From contig OZ316893.1 of the NCBI GenBank assembly GCA_973895155.1, positions 18,445,836 to 18,509,835 of the forward strand: a stretch of DNA of 64,000 bases. Reading direction: 5' to 3'. The stretch's first letter is position 1, and the number at the start of each line of letters is the position of its first letter. Shown piece by piece: positions 49,395-61,829 of this stretch. The notes under the pieces were generated by a model. The model ran no database searches and was not told the DNA's origin. It worked only from the letters and a program-made list of their open reading frames with translations. The position numbers were made by a program, and so were the translations under genes. The DNA comes from Marsupella aquatica. Its lineage: Eukaryota; Plantae; Marchantiophyta.

Positions 49395-49919
49395 CTAATT
49401 CCTTGTTTGTGCTAAATGAACTCGCTTGACAGGATCCTCTACCTTGTAGACAAATTTTTGGATGAACTTGTTGTCAAGGTTCACTTCCGTGAGCTCAATC
49501 TCCCACTCCTCCAAGTTTGAAGTTGCAAACACTGTCAAGGTACCTACGACCACTTCTCCACTTACCATGTCAGCTGTAGCGTCATCATAAAAAATGTCAT
49601 CAAGATCAGGACACATTGACATGTGCACCACCAGCTTTATGACATAGGTGTCAAGGTATTTGTCCACATCACTTCCATGTATACCCTTGCAACGAAGAAG
49701 GCATCTGAACAAAGAGTAATCCATCTCAAGACAAAACCATGTGGGCGGCTTGACTACGAGAGTGGGACGCAATTCTTCACTCTCATGAAGTACATGCCCA
49801 TATTGTTCATTCCATTCAACCAAGTCCAAGTCTATTGCATACAAAGCTCTTAGTGGTGGATGTAAGTTTTCCACTGCAAATTGTGAGTTGGGCACCAAGC
49901 CACAAACCTGACAATACAA
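49395..49919 (-). CDS. Hypothetical ORF (174 aa), possibly transposon-derived
   Basis: Open frame with protein-like composition, no recognised motif, no clear start. Confidence 0.3.
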   Translation of the reverse strand: MYCQVCGLVPNSQFAVENLHPPLRALYAIDLDLVEWNEQYGHVLHESEELRPTLVVKPPTWFCLEMDYSLFRCLLRCKGIHGSDVDKYLDTYVIKLVVHMSMCPDLDDIFYDDATADMVSGEVVVGTLTVFATSNLEEWEIELTEVNLDNKFIQKFVYKVEDPVKRVHLAQTRN

Positions 49920-50412
49920 GAAGCATCAACTTAATTAGGATTCACCAGAAAATATTTGCCAAATGCCACATAAAATGTTTGCACAGACATAAAAAAGTCA
50001 AAACTTCTCCACCTTACCCTAAATGCATTTACCATGTCCTGTTTTTGACAATGAGGTATTTAGAAATGAGAGGAAACAACAAACAGTAACAGGAAACTGG
50101 TAATGAGAAATAGAAACTCGTAACAGGAAAATGGGTGGAAACTTTTTTTGATTTTTGTTTGAATTTTTTTTGGATTTTTTTTGTTTGAATTGTTTTTTTG
50201 AGAAGAAAAAGTTTTTTTTCGTAACCAACTTTTTTTGCTAGCGCCCGGTGCTGGTAATAGTAGCGCCCAAAGCTAGTCAAAAAATGTTGTATTGTTAATT
50301 TTGTTTGAAAATAAGATTTTTTAGGAGACAATTTAAATTGTCATTTTTCCTGGTACAGTGATTTTTTGTTGGTAACAGCATATTAAAAACAAGAAACAAA
50401 TTTTGTATTTAT

Positions 50413-51752
50413 CTATTTCCTGTCTCCGTCGCTATACCCTTGACAATTTCCAATCCAAGAAAGTGCCCATTTTGCCACCATTCTGGCAGCCAAAACTTTA
50501 GGGTTTCCTACAGTTGTCTGCAAATTTGGATTAATTAAGACATCTACAATGTAAATGTCATATTGTGTTGTATAATCTCCCTGATAGCTCCGGTTCACTG
50601 CAACATCAAGAGGCTGCAAGAGGGAGGTCAAATTTTCTGACACAATCCCCACAAACACATTGTAGTCCTCTAGTACCTTTGCATGTGCCTTGGGCCACTT
50701 CAGGTGGGGACCATATGCGTCAGTGATGTACAAAGTGGGCTCTCAGTAGAATTGGGTCTCACCCAACTTCATCACTGTTTCATTGAAGTGTTCCTAACAT
50801 ATCCGTTCATTCCACATACCTGCATAGTATAAAACCCACGGTCAATAATTAGAAAAGAGTTTGTTTACTGGCAACCCTCAAAAAGTCATGATAAACTACA
50901 AAAGAAAAGCTTTGCAAGATAAAAGATATAGAAAAAAATATATCTGTTGGTTAACATTGACAAACACGCCCAACGGGACTTCAGGTTTATTTTTCCTCTT
51001 TGAGATGAGGATGTGTGGTTTCAAATGTTTGCCTTCTCCTGTGATGGAAAAAGCTATGGTGAATCGTTTATGGCTGGTACCACCCTTTGTCATCATCACC
51101 ATCCAAATGCCTTGGGTAGCAATAGTGGACTTTGGCTAAGTCTCATAGTACCGTGGATGTTGATAATGTTTTTGGGCTTAATTTTGTTAGTGTCAATCAA
51201 TTCTTGGCACTCTTGAATGAATGCTTGACACAAGTCAACAACATTCTCTGGTAGCTTGTGATCTGTTGTGTGTCTCCTTGACACCAGGTTGTGTCACTTC
51301 TTGAACCTATCCAACCAACCTGTTGACGCTTTAAATGTTGCAAGCTCCTCATTTTCTGCGTTGGCTGCCATCCTCTCTACAATCTTGAAGGCCATCTTGG
51401 AGATGTACAAATCCTTCACCCTCAATCCCTTCTCATTCCGGGCCAGGATCCAACTGTGGAGCTCCTCCTCCACTCTGGGCAGCAATGGCCTCTGTCCACC
51501 TCCCCTTAACTAGCATGATTTTTGGGTTAAGATCTTATTGTCTGTAAGAGAGGCTTGCAACTCTGCCCTCTTCTCATACCACCCTCTTCAAGCAGATCGG
51601 GGCACTCCAATTTTTTTACCGAGTGTATTCCCGAATCACGTCCAACTTGAACTTAAGAGAGTAAGTCCGTCGCTTCTCATTTGCTGTCCCACGGGGATGT
51701 CTCGCCATAGCTCTATCACTCTACTTATTGCAAAGGAAAAATACCGTTCATA
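50413..51752 (-). pseudogene. pogo/Tigger-like (Tc1/mariner) transposase relic
   Basis: VEEELHSWI and FKASTGWLDRFKK (CENP-B-type HTH), KRFTIAF..T.EG..LKP, ITDAYGPH, TSLLQPLDVAVN (DDE_1); multiple stops and frameshifts. Confidence 0.85.
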
Positions 51753-52039
51753 ACTGGCAGGGGTGACAACCTCCTGCACATGCACAACACTTTTAACCCT
51801 TCCTACATACAAGGGTTAAATTGACAAAGGCATGAAATTAAAGCTAAGGAGGGCATGGTCAGCCGTGCTTGTGAGATTTATGGCAAAGCTATAAGTGTAC
51901 ATTCGACTACCATCTGACCTTCATAAGAATTCATGGAGTCCCCAGTTTGGAGTATCCCATCTAAGGATTTGACCTAAGGATGTCAATCGTGGACAATACA
52001 TTGTCACTATCTTTGCTTCAACTTTGTAGCGCTTGAACC

Positions 52040-52462
52040 AATCAACTATTGCTCCATCAACTACTGACTATCAACTCTCCCACTCAAATATCAAGTATCA
52101 AGTATCAACCATCAACTGTCCCACTCAACGACTATCAACTATTGACTATCAAATGTCAGTCTCCCACTCAACTATCAACTATTGATTGGCGACTATCGAT
52201 TGGCAACTCCCAATTCGCGACTATCAACGTCTATCAATTTTTGACTATCCCATGCACTCAACTATCGACCATGAAGACAATGTGGAAAAGTGGCAGAGTC
52301 AACTATCGATTGGCGACTATCAATTGGCGACTATCAATTGGCAACTATCAATTGGTGACTATCGATTGGTGACTATCGATTGGCAACTTCAACATCTATC
52401 AATTTTTGACTATCCCATGCACTCAACTATCAACCATGAAGACAGTGTGGAAAAGTGGCAGT
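52040..52462. repeat. Degenerate ~14-bp minisatellite (GACTATCRATTGGC) with an ~85-bp higher-order duplication
   Basis: Many ACTATC(A/G)A units; ~52230-52296 repeated at ~52395-52461. Confidence 0.8.
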
Positions 52463-52565
52463 CGGCGATTTCAATTTTCCCACAAATGAGTATCCAGAAT
52501 TTGATAGACCAGGACTGTAAGTGTGTACATAGAGGCCAGATAGGATAGAACAATTTGCACAAGGT

Positions 52566-52937
52566 ATGGTAATGGTAATGGTAATGTATTATAAGCTCTG
52601 GGACCATGAAAGTCAAAGGAGCTGCCACAAAAAGTAAAGTACAATGCAATCAAAGAAAAGAGCAACCAAAAGAGATTGCTCAGAAGAGGACAACTATGTC
52701 CTCAAAGAAACTATGGACCTAGAGAGCCCTGAAAGATTTTCCAAACCTATTCTCCTTTCCCTATCCACCGCAAAGATATATCTTCCAAGTTGCTGAGGGG
52801 GCAGACCAAACAATGCATACAAATCTTTCACCAAGATTTGAGATGCCATCCTAACCCCCTCATAAAACTTGCAAGCAATGAATACATGATATTCATTCTC
52901 TATACTAGAGCTATCACATAGTTGACAAACCCTCTTT
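52566..52937 (-). mobile_element. RTEX-like LINE 3' fragment
   Basis: Tail plus ~350 bp near-identical to the full-length copies. Confidence 0.95.
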
Positions 52938-53818
52938 CACTCTTGATATTCTGAGCCAGGAAGGCAGTCAATGAGGAGCTGACGACAATGAATGATAAGC
53001 AATGTTTCTACGTGCCTTCGATCCTTGATGCAACAAAGCAGTCACAGAGCCGTTAGTCTCAATCAAGTAACCTGGACATCAGTGAGCTCATGATTGACAG
53101 GTTTTGTTTGACTGAAGTTTCTAATCAGATTTTTGGTGAAAGTGAGAATATTTGTTCATGCAAAAAGGAGACATTGTATTTCTCAAGCTACAGTGATGAT
53201 TAAAGAAGCGTGGAACAATGGGGTAACCCAATCAATGTCAATTCAATGTCAACTTCGTCACTTACCCCTCTCATCGCAGCTCTTTGGTTTGCCTTCTATC
53301 CATAGCCAAAGACTCCCGAGTTCCCGATGTTTACTCCAGCCACCCTCTTGATTTTGTGATGGAGTAAGAATGGTGGTATGTTTTGTCTGTTTTCATAGTT
53401 TGTCTCTTTTGGACCAAATTGCATATTTGTACCGTAATTCAATCACAACGCCCCTTCTCAAAGTGGCAGGAGCATCCTTCTCAAGTGGCGGGGGCAACTG
53501 TGCAAGGTGCCTCATTGTTCATTTCTCAATTTGTAATTCTTGTTTGCTGGTGGCGATGACAAAGAAGTTCTTCGCACAAATTGATGTGTTGGCAGGGATG
53601 GAGTCTGCGGCAAACATAGCTTAGTCATTGGTTGCAGACATTGAGTGTATTTATGAGATTGAGATTGAGGCAAATAGTAAACTGGAGCCGAATGGTGAGA
53701 TGGAGGCAAATTTCACTCAACTAGAGCCAAATGTTGATCCTGACATCCAAGCTGAGATGGATGCACTTCCTTGTGCATTTGAGGAGACAAGAGACACATT
53801 CGAGGGCATGTATCACTA

Positions 53819-54216
53819 ATGATTCCTGACAAATTTAGCCCAAGCCGATTTGATTTATTGAAGCAAAGATTTGTCCAGTGCGGAGGTTCGATTTGTTACC
53901 GGTTTAGCTCAATGATGACGCATGTGATTGCCAAGATTGGCAAACTATTTTGGCAAAGTATGAATGGGGGACTATGGACTATTACTATTGGAGTGGGAGA
54001 GTGAAGTTCGTGAGCTTTGATTGGGTTAGTGCATGTCTCCGTGTGAGGAAGACAGTACCCATAGAAGATTTTGATTTGTATCTTTTGGATAACCTCACGG
54101 AGTTCTCTCCATCACCACAGCCAGCCAAGAAAGCCAGGAGAGTCAAAGTCCTATTGCCAAAAGGAAAGACTGTCACAAATTTGGTGAACTACTTTGCAGA
54201 AGATAAGATAGAATAA
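53819..54216 (+). pseudogene. BRCT-domain gene relic (frameshifted)
   Basis: LKQRFVQCGG....THVI then, in another frame, VKFVSFDWVSACLRVRKTVPIEDF (BRCT GG and W-x-x-x-C motifs). Confidence 0.6.
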
Positions 54217-54681
54217 GAGTTTAGATTGAGGATCAGTTTTTGATTTATGCCATAGTGCGATTGCACATGGATGTAATGATTTGCGCAAGTATATAAAGTT
54301 TCCAAGTGCCATTCATTTTAATTGAGAATATCTGGCCATATTGTTGTTGGCAACATTGCTACAAAAGCTACGAGGGCTGTAGAGAGCTTTCTTTCAATTG
54401 CTTCTGCTTGCTTTCACAGTGCCGTCATTGTCGAGAGCTTTTTGTTTGCTTTCACAATGCCCTCACTCCAACATAGTGTGAAATTCAAACATGGGGACAC
54501 AAAAGTAGACCCTCACTTGAACATACTGCCCAACTTCAACAACAACATCCCCAAACACAACGCCAACTTTGAACAGCCCAGGCATTGTGTAAAAGTGATG
54601 TTGTGTTCATTTGCCACACGTAACCAACATAAGGCCAAGAAGTCTGAGCCAGAGGTGAGCAACACCTTCTTGTACGGGCCA

Positions 54682-54989
54682 GATGGCATCTCAAATCTTG
54701 GTGAAAGATTTGTATGCATTGTTTGGTCTGCCCCCTCAGCAACTTGGAAGATATATCTTTGCGGTGGATAGGGAAAGGAGAATAGGTTTGGAAAATCTTT
54801 CAGGGCTCTCTAGGTCCATAGGGCTCTCTAGGTCCATAGTTTCTTTGAGGACATAGTTGTCCTCTTCTGAGCAATCTCTTTTGGTTGCTCTTTTCTTTGA
54901 TTGCATTGTACTTTACTTTTTGTGGCAGCTCCTTTGACTTTCATGGTCCCGGAGCTTATAATACATTACCATTACCATTACCATTACCA
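54682..54989 (+). mobile_element. RTEX-like LINE 3' fragment (only plus-strand copy)
   Basis: Ends (CATTAC)4; shares the 18-bp duplication with 12297-12608. Confidence 0.95.
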
Positions 54990-55897
54990 CTTTGCACATG
55001 GCGTAGATCGATGGATCTTTTATTGTCATTGTCATCTCATCGATCCTACTTTGCACAATCCTGTCAGGGATCGCATATCTTGGCTTTCAAGCTGAACTAT
55101 ATGTATGCACAATGTCCCTAATGTGGATGTACTGTTTGGAGATTGCAGAGAGATCAGTTTTGATCAGAAGGATCACGGGGACATTAGGCAACAATTATCT
55201 TGTGCTTTCATGTGACTGGGTATGCATGCTCTAAAAACTTTCCTTAAGCCTTCAAAGATCTCTTAAGATTGAGCAATCATTTTGAGAATTAAAGACTTCC
55301 ATGACACTGCTCAAAATAAAATGATAGACTTATTATTATGAGCATATAGAGTAGAAGACTTTTTTTAATTTATGACAAATCCATGATTTGATCCATGATT
55401 TGGATGAACTTCTTAATTTTGATTGCATGGACCCTTGTTTTGAATTTATTGTATAGATGTGGCATTGAGCACAAAGCAATTACACTTGTTTTCATCTTCA
55501 GTATTTCCTATATTGCATATTCAAGCTATGAGGTTCATCCTTGTAGGTGCCTAGCCTTGTTTGTGCGTTTGTCACAATTGCGTCCTTTTTGGAATTGGAG
55601 CACATCCCTAGAGGACTGGACCCTATTGGAGCAACTGAAAAAGGGAAAGAGTTTAGGAGCCCTTCGACTGTCAGGTGAACACATTCATCTAGTAATCTAC
55701 TCGGATCAGGTAGGGTGTATGTACATGGCCCGTGGGAAACGTAGACCACCCCCTATGTTTGTTGGAATCAATGCCATTTGTTGCTCCATCTCCTCATGGA
55801 ACTTCTTGACAAAGAACAAAGCCCACTTCCTAGGCCGGTATTTCTTGACCTGGATTACCTGGGCAGCGGATATCTTGAGCCCTGTGGCTCCATCATG

Positions 55898-58800
55898 TGG
55901 TAATGGTAATGGTAATGTATTATAAGCTCCGGGACCATGAAAGTCAAAGGAGCTGCCACAAAAAGTAAAATACAATGCAATCAAAGAAAAGAGCAACCAA
56001 AAGAGATTGCTCAGAAGAGGACAACTATGTCCTCAAAGAAACTATGGACCTAGAGAGCCCTGAAAGATTTTCCAAACCTATTCTCCTTTCCCTATCCACC
56101 GCAAAGATATATCTTCCAAGTTGCTGAGGGGGCAGACCAAACAATGCATACAAATCTTTCACCAAGATTTGAGATGCCATCCTAACCCCCTCATAAAACT
56201 TGCAAGCAATGAATACATGATATTCATTCTCTATACTAGAGCTATCACATAGTTGACAAACCCTCTTTTTCCTGTCAATATCCTTCCATCTCCCTTGTTC
56301 TACTTCAAGGTGGTGTGAGCTTAGTCTATACTGAGCAATAAGTTGTCTAAGTTGTACTGAGATAGTGCTAGATAAGTATTCTTGTTCTCGATATTTCTTC
56401 ATGGGGTTCACATCTCTCATGTAGTATTACTGCCGTGGGCTAGGTTCATGCCAAAGTTTGTGCAAAGCCTTTTGCTCAAGTTTTGCTCTTAGCTTGGTTG
56501 GGTGTGTTGGCCATTCATGTTCAGGAAAATCCCAAGCATGGGCCCACCTGCACACATCTGCATACCACCCTTTAGCTGAAGATGAGCGCAAGGCAGGAAA
56601 AGGAAATCTGTTTTCCTCCAACTCTCTTACACGCATGATGTATTTGAGTGTGTGGAAGAGTGCCTCCACCTCCAAAGGAAACAAGCCTGCCTCTGCAAGT
56701 GTAAGTGTATATGGGGTTTGTGACTTGATCCCAAGCTCCATCTCAAGAAATAGCTTTTGCAGCCCCTCAATCTGTTGCCACCCAGATTTAGACACACCTG
56801 CTCCCCAAATTGGTGCTCCATAAAGAATGACTGGTTTCACCAAAGCTCCAAAGAGATGTTTCCTTAACCTCCAAGTGTGTAGACCAGCTCTTTTGCATTT
56901 GTTCATGAATGCATAAAAAGCTCTGTACCCATTGGCAGCCCTAGATTTTACACATGAGGCCCAACTCAAGTTTTGAGAGAACTCCACCCCAAGGTATTTG
57001 TAGGTCCTCACAAATTCCACCAGATTCCCTTGGAAGTAGAGCTCTGGATTTTGTCGTGTGCCAATGCCCAAACACTTGGTCTTCTTGAGGTTGACTACCA
57101 TCCCTGTTGCTTGACAAAACTCCTCCAAGGCATTGAGATGTCTTTGCAAAGCTTCTTGAGCATGAGCAAGTAGGACCACATCATCTGCAAATATAAGAAG
57201 TTGGAGGACAAACCTACCCAATTGAGTGCCAACTCCACCATGCTCTTCCAAAATGTTGTGTAGCTGATCAATGAAGATGCCAAATAGAGTTGGTGAGAGA
57301 GGACAACCTTGGATCACCCCAAGAGTGCTCCAGATTTCTTCAGAGGTTTCCTTTGAAAGTTTGATGCGCACTTCTTGGTACAATTTAGAAACAGCCAACC
57401 TGAGATCTTCAGGCACTTCCAACTCCACCATCCTATCCCAAAGCTTGGATCGGGAAACTTTGTCAAAGGCCTTGGAGAAATCCACAAACAAGCAAAATAA
57501 TGGTTTATGTGGAGATTTGGCCTTTTCACACAACACCCTCAAGCAGAGAATGTGATCCATAGTGCTGAATTCTCTCCTAAAACCTGCTTGTGAAGGTGCC
57601 CTTTTCATCTCACTCTCCAACCAAGAGCTTAATCTGGCTTCAAGTAGTCCTCCCAAAACTTTAGCAAAAGTATTGCCTACCATGATGGTTCTGTAGTTGT
57701 GCACATCGTCCTTGTTGCCTGCCTTGAAGATAGGCACCACTCTTCTGGTCATCCAAGCTTTAGGTAAACCTAAAGCCATTGCTTGATTCAGCTCATGCAC
57801 CAAGTTTGTTAGTAAAGAGGGTCCTCCCCACAAAAGAAGCTCCAAGTTCAGGCCCAACAGATCCCATGTTGCATGTGGGAAAGATGCACCTTCACCTCCC
57901 TCTCTGTAAACTGAATGGTGTCCCCAAGGGGCAAAGGCATGCCACTAGCATCTGGAAAGAAATACAAGGATGTGACATAGGTTACCAGGTCCTGGTGATC
58001 CAAGGGGGGAGTAGTCTTGCCTGATTGCATTCTCTCCCAAAAACGTTTTGGATGTTTGATGAACTCCTCACATAGTGATTGTTGATGACTCTTCAAGAAG
58101 CACCTCTTCTTGTGTTTGATGAAGTTCTTGTACATAGTGAATGCCAAAAGTCTCTTTTCCCCTGAATGTGATCTTGCTTGCATCCTTGCTCTAGCACAAT
58201 CCTCGTCAAACCAAGCCTTCATGTTTTGCTTTCTAGGGGGTTTGGTGGAGAAAGTAGAGGCTGCTGCTTGTACTATGACTTCTGAGAGCTCAATCTGATC
58301 ATCCAGGGTATGGAGAAGATGTTCAAAGTTGACTTTGAAGATGACTTCTCTATCAGGGTCTAGAAACAGAGGTTTGGGTACTGGCTTTCTATGCACTTTG
58401 TTTGGGATTGTGGTCAGGTCAAGATGGAACAACAAAGGCAAGTGTGAAGACTCTGGTTGTTGATCAAGTATTTGAAAGTCAACCACTCTAGTGGCAGAGG
58501 TAGGTGTGGCAAGAAGGTAATCAATGGTACTACATCCTTGTTTAGATCTAAAAGTGTAACCAGATGATTGGGGAAATCTCTCAAGCCCATTCAATATTCT
58601 TAGATTACAAGAAGCTCCCAAATGCAAAAAGCGACGTGTCATGTCATTTGTTCTGGTGTCAAGAGCCTCTCTCACCCAAGGTAGCTCTTCACTACATGAT
58701 GACCAAGGTAAAGTTCCTAAGTCCTCACTTTCAGTAAATTGTTCATTAGATACCCTGGCATTAAAGTCCCCCACTATCCATGTCTCCCCTAGTGGTGATA

Positions 58801-61111
58801 TATCATGAATGACTTGGATTAACCTATGAAATGGATAATGTGCATCAGCAATTCCCATCTTATAGACATTCATATTAAGGGGAGCAAAGTAGGTGACAAT
58901 CAGAAATGATGGAGTACCTCTGGTATGAAGTCTCACCACCATGAACTGCTTGCTGGGATCTTCATGCTCAATAGAGGTGATGTGTTGAAGTTGATTCTTG
59001 GTGTAGACAGCAATGCCTCCAAACCCTCTTCCCCGTGTGGTCTTCTTCTCATTGAAGATGGATTGTATGCAAGTAAAGCCTTTAATGCTAGGTAGAGCAT
59101 TTCCCTCATATTCCCAAGTCTCCGTGAAAAGCAAGATGTCAAAATTCTCAAACAAAGGTTCCCCTCCAATTGCTGTTTCTATGGAAAGTCCTGAAACATT
59201 CCATGCCATGACTCTCAAGGTCCCGATCCATCATTTAGAAACAACTCTCTTCTTATTGGTAACAACAGTTTGTCCATTGTGCAAGTAGGCTACCAATCCT
59301 TGGTCTTTGGCTACCCTCACCTTCTCAAGCTCAATTTTCCTTGCTTGGACTTGTGTGGGAGTCAGATCATCATCCAACCAAATCCTTAGCCCTTTAAGCA
59401 TGCTCCTGTTAGCCATCACTCTAGCTTTCTCGGATTCAGCTGCAAACTTCACCAAGATTGGACGTGGAAGGTCCCCCTTCTTTTGCCCAATCCTATATGC
59501 TTGCAAAATGATAGGGTCATGCACTTTCATCTGAGATTGGAATTATGAAATTGCTACCTTCTTGGTGTCTTCCTTCTCCTCCTCAACAAGGCCTGATATT
59601 TTGCAGTTGCTGACTCTTGCATGCTGGTTCTTGTGTTCTTCCTCTAGTGCTCTCCTCTCCTCCTCCTTGGCTTGGACAAATTCCATATGTGATTGTTTTG
59701 CAGCCTGTGCAAAGGTTTTGAGCTTTTCCTCAATCTCCCCTACAGCCTCATGTATCACTGATTTCTCTGGGCACATACTCTTCTCCATGTCTCCAAAACA
59801 CGATGCAAGCAATGAGAGTTGCTTACCATTCTCCTGAGTTTGAGATCGAAGATCACTAATCAACCTCTTTTGCTTGACATTCTCATTCTTTAGCTCCGTC
59901 ACCTCCTTGCTGAGTGTGGTAATCTCAATTGCGGAGTTTTCAACCACAACTAAGATTTTCTCAAGCAAAGCCTTGAGATGGGCAATCTCCTTCGTTGCCA
60001 TCACAAAGCTGAAACTGTTGTTAGAATGTACTCTTAGACGACAAATAGAAATTGGGAGCAGTAGAGGATGTCAGTTGCAGCTCTACCTTTGCCAGTGATA
60101 CACTCTCGCTGTTTGCAACACTCTGGCAAAGTCTGAGCTCAAACCGCAGCCGATTGCCCTTCCAACTCGAAGTGAAATTTCGCCCCAAGCTCAGAATCCC
60201 AAAACTAGACACGTAGCAGATCGTGCATGCTAAAGTGCATACCAAACGATGTCGGTTGCAGCTCTAACTTTGCCAGTGATACATTCTCGCTGTTTCCAAT
60301 GCTCTGGCAAAGTCTGAGCTTAAACCGCAGCCAATTTCCCTTCCAACTCGAAGTGAAATTTCGCCCCAAGCTTAGAATTGCGAAACTGGAGACGTAACAG
60401 ATCGTGCATGCTAAAGTGCATACCAAACGATGTCGGTTGCAGCTCTAACTTTGCCAGTGATACATTCTCGCTGTTTCCAATGCTCTGGCAAAGTCTGAGG
60501 TTAAACCGCAGCCGATTTCCCTTCCAACTCGAAGTGAAATTTCGCCCCAAGCTCAGAATTGCGAAACTGGAGACGTAACAGATCGTGCATGCTAAAGTGC
60601 ATATCAAACGATGTCGGTTGTAGCTCTAACTTTGCCAGTGATACATTCTTGCTGTTTCCAATGCTCTGGCAAAATCTGAGCTCAAACCGCAGCCGATTGC
60701 CCTTCCAACTCGAAATGAAATTTTGCCCTGAGCTCAGAATCGCGAAACTAGAGACGTAGCAGATCGCGCATGCTAAAGTGCATACCAAACGATGTCGGTT
60801 GCAGCTCTAACTTTGCCAGTGATACATTCTTGCTGTTTCCAATGCTCTAGCAAAATCTGAGCTTAAACCGCAGCCGATTGCCCTTCCAACTCGAAGTGAA
60901 ATTTTTCCCCAAGCTCAGAATCGCGAAACTGGAGACGTAGCAGATCGCGCATGCTAAAGTGCATACCAAACGATGTCGGTTGCAGCTCTAACTTTGCCAG
61001 TGATACATTCTTGCTGTTTTCAATGCTCTGGAAAAATCTGAGCTTAAACCGCAGCCGATTGCCCTTCCAACTCGAAGTGAAATTTTGCCCCGAGCTCTTA
61101 ATCGCGAAACT
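55898..61111 (-). mobile_element. Full-length RTEX-like LINE, copy 2
   Basis: ORF2 56025-59218 (10-bp deletion near 57861, TAA at 56427), ORF1 59231-60001 (TAA at 59543), ~5.75 monomers 60070-61111, (CATTAC)3 tail. Confidence 0.95.
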
Positions 61112-61159
61112 CGCGAATGTGGAGGGCGTACTGCTGAAACTCTAGCCGCTCTGCAATCT

Positions 61160-61235
61160 TTGGTAATGGTAATGGTAATGTATTATAAGCTCCGGGACCA
61201 TGAAAGTCAAAGGAGCTGCCACAAAAAGTAAAGTA
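61160..61235 (-). mobile_element. RTEX-like LINE, minimal 3' fragment (~75 bp)
   Basis: Tail plus the last part of the 3' UTR. Confidence 0.9.
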
Positions 61236-61829
61236 AAGTATGTCCTCATCAGGAAGCCGTTGTCCACTGAACCCTTGGTCGGGAAGCTAGATGATTGGTA
61301 CTTTGCTCCTTTGCCCCCTGGGGCTTGTGATTCCACCCAGTTTGGTCCCTCGGGTAGGCCAAAGATGAGTTTAAGTCGCTCCTCATTTAGGGACATTACC
61401 CGCCCATGCGCGCGGGTTTGTTGGCGGGCCTCATCAAAGTTCTGGATGAACTCTATCATATCTTGCCCGTAGTACCTGCAAGTGTTCCAAGGGAGGGCGG
61501 CAAGGTGTTTGAACCCTTGGGTCTTCAGGTAAGCCGCATGCTTTGGGTGGAGGATGTTCTTGTGGACATTCTCCCCCATGCGATGCATGCTCAACTTGGC
61601 CACTACGATGGTGGCCACAGGTAAGCTGGATATTGCAGCCGGCTCCTTCCTCTTCCTTCCTCAAGATTGGTTCCCGGGATGGCTCGTAGAAGGGGACATC
61701 TTCCCATCTTCCCTATCCGGCAGGGGGTAGTGCTACTGCCGTTAGAACGGGTGCCGGCGCTACAACCATCATCGTGTTGTCCACCAAGGCTGCGTCTCGG
61801 GTTTGGGAAGCATCTATGGTTGTGAAGAG

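Larger units (their letters stand above)
55706..61818 (-). pseudogene. Transposon-accessory-like gene interrupted by two LINE insertions (pieces ~61818-61236, 61159-61117, 55897-55706)
   Basis: Frame ...MIEFIQNFD...LNEERLKLIFGLPEG...GFLMRTY continues as KIAERLEFQQYALH and, left of the LINE, GLKISAAQV...WALFFVKKFHEEM; ATGTGG flanks both LINE ends; the last join needs a frameshift. Confidence 0.45.

Noticed and set aside
60021-61145. Repeated ORFs such as MVCTLACTICYVSSF...
   Set aside because: Translation artefacts of the 181-bp monomer, whose length is not a multiple of 3.
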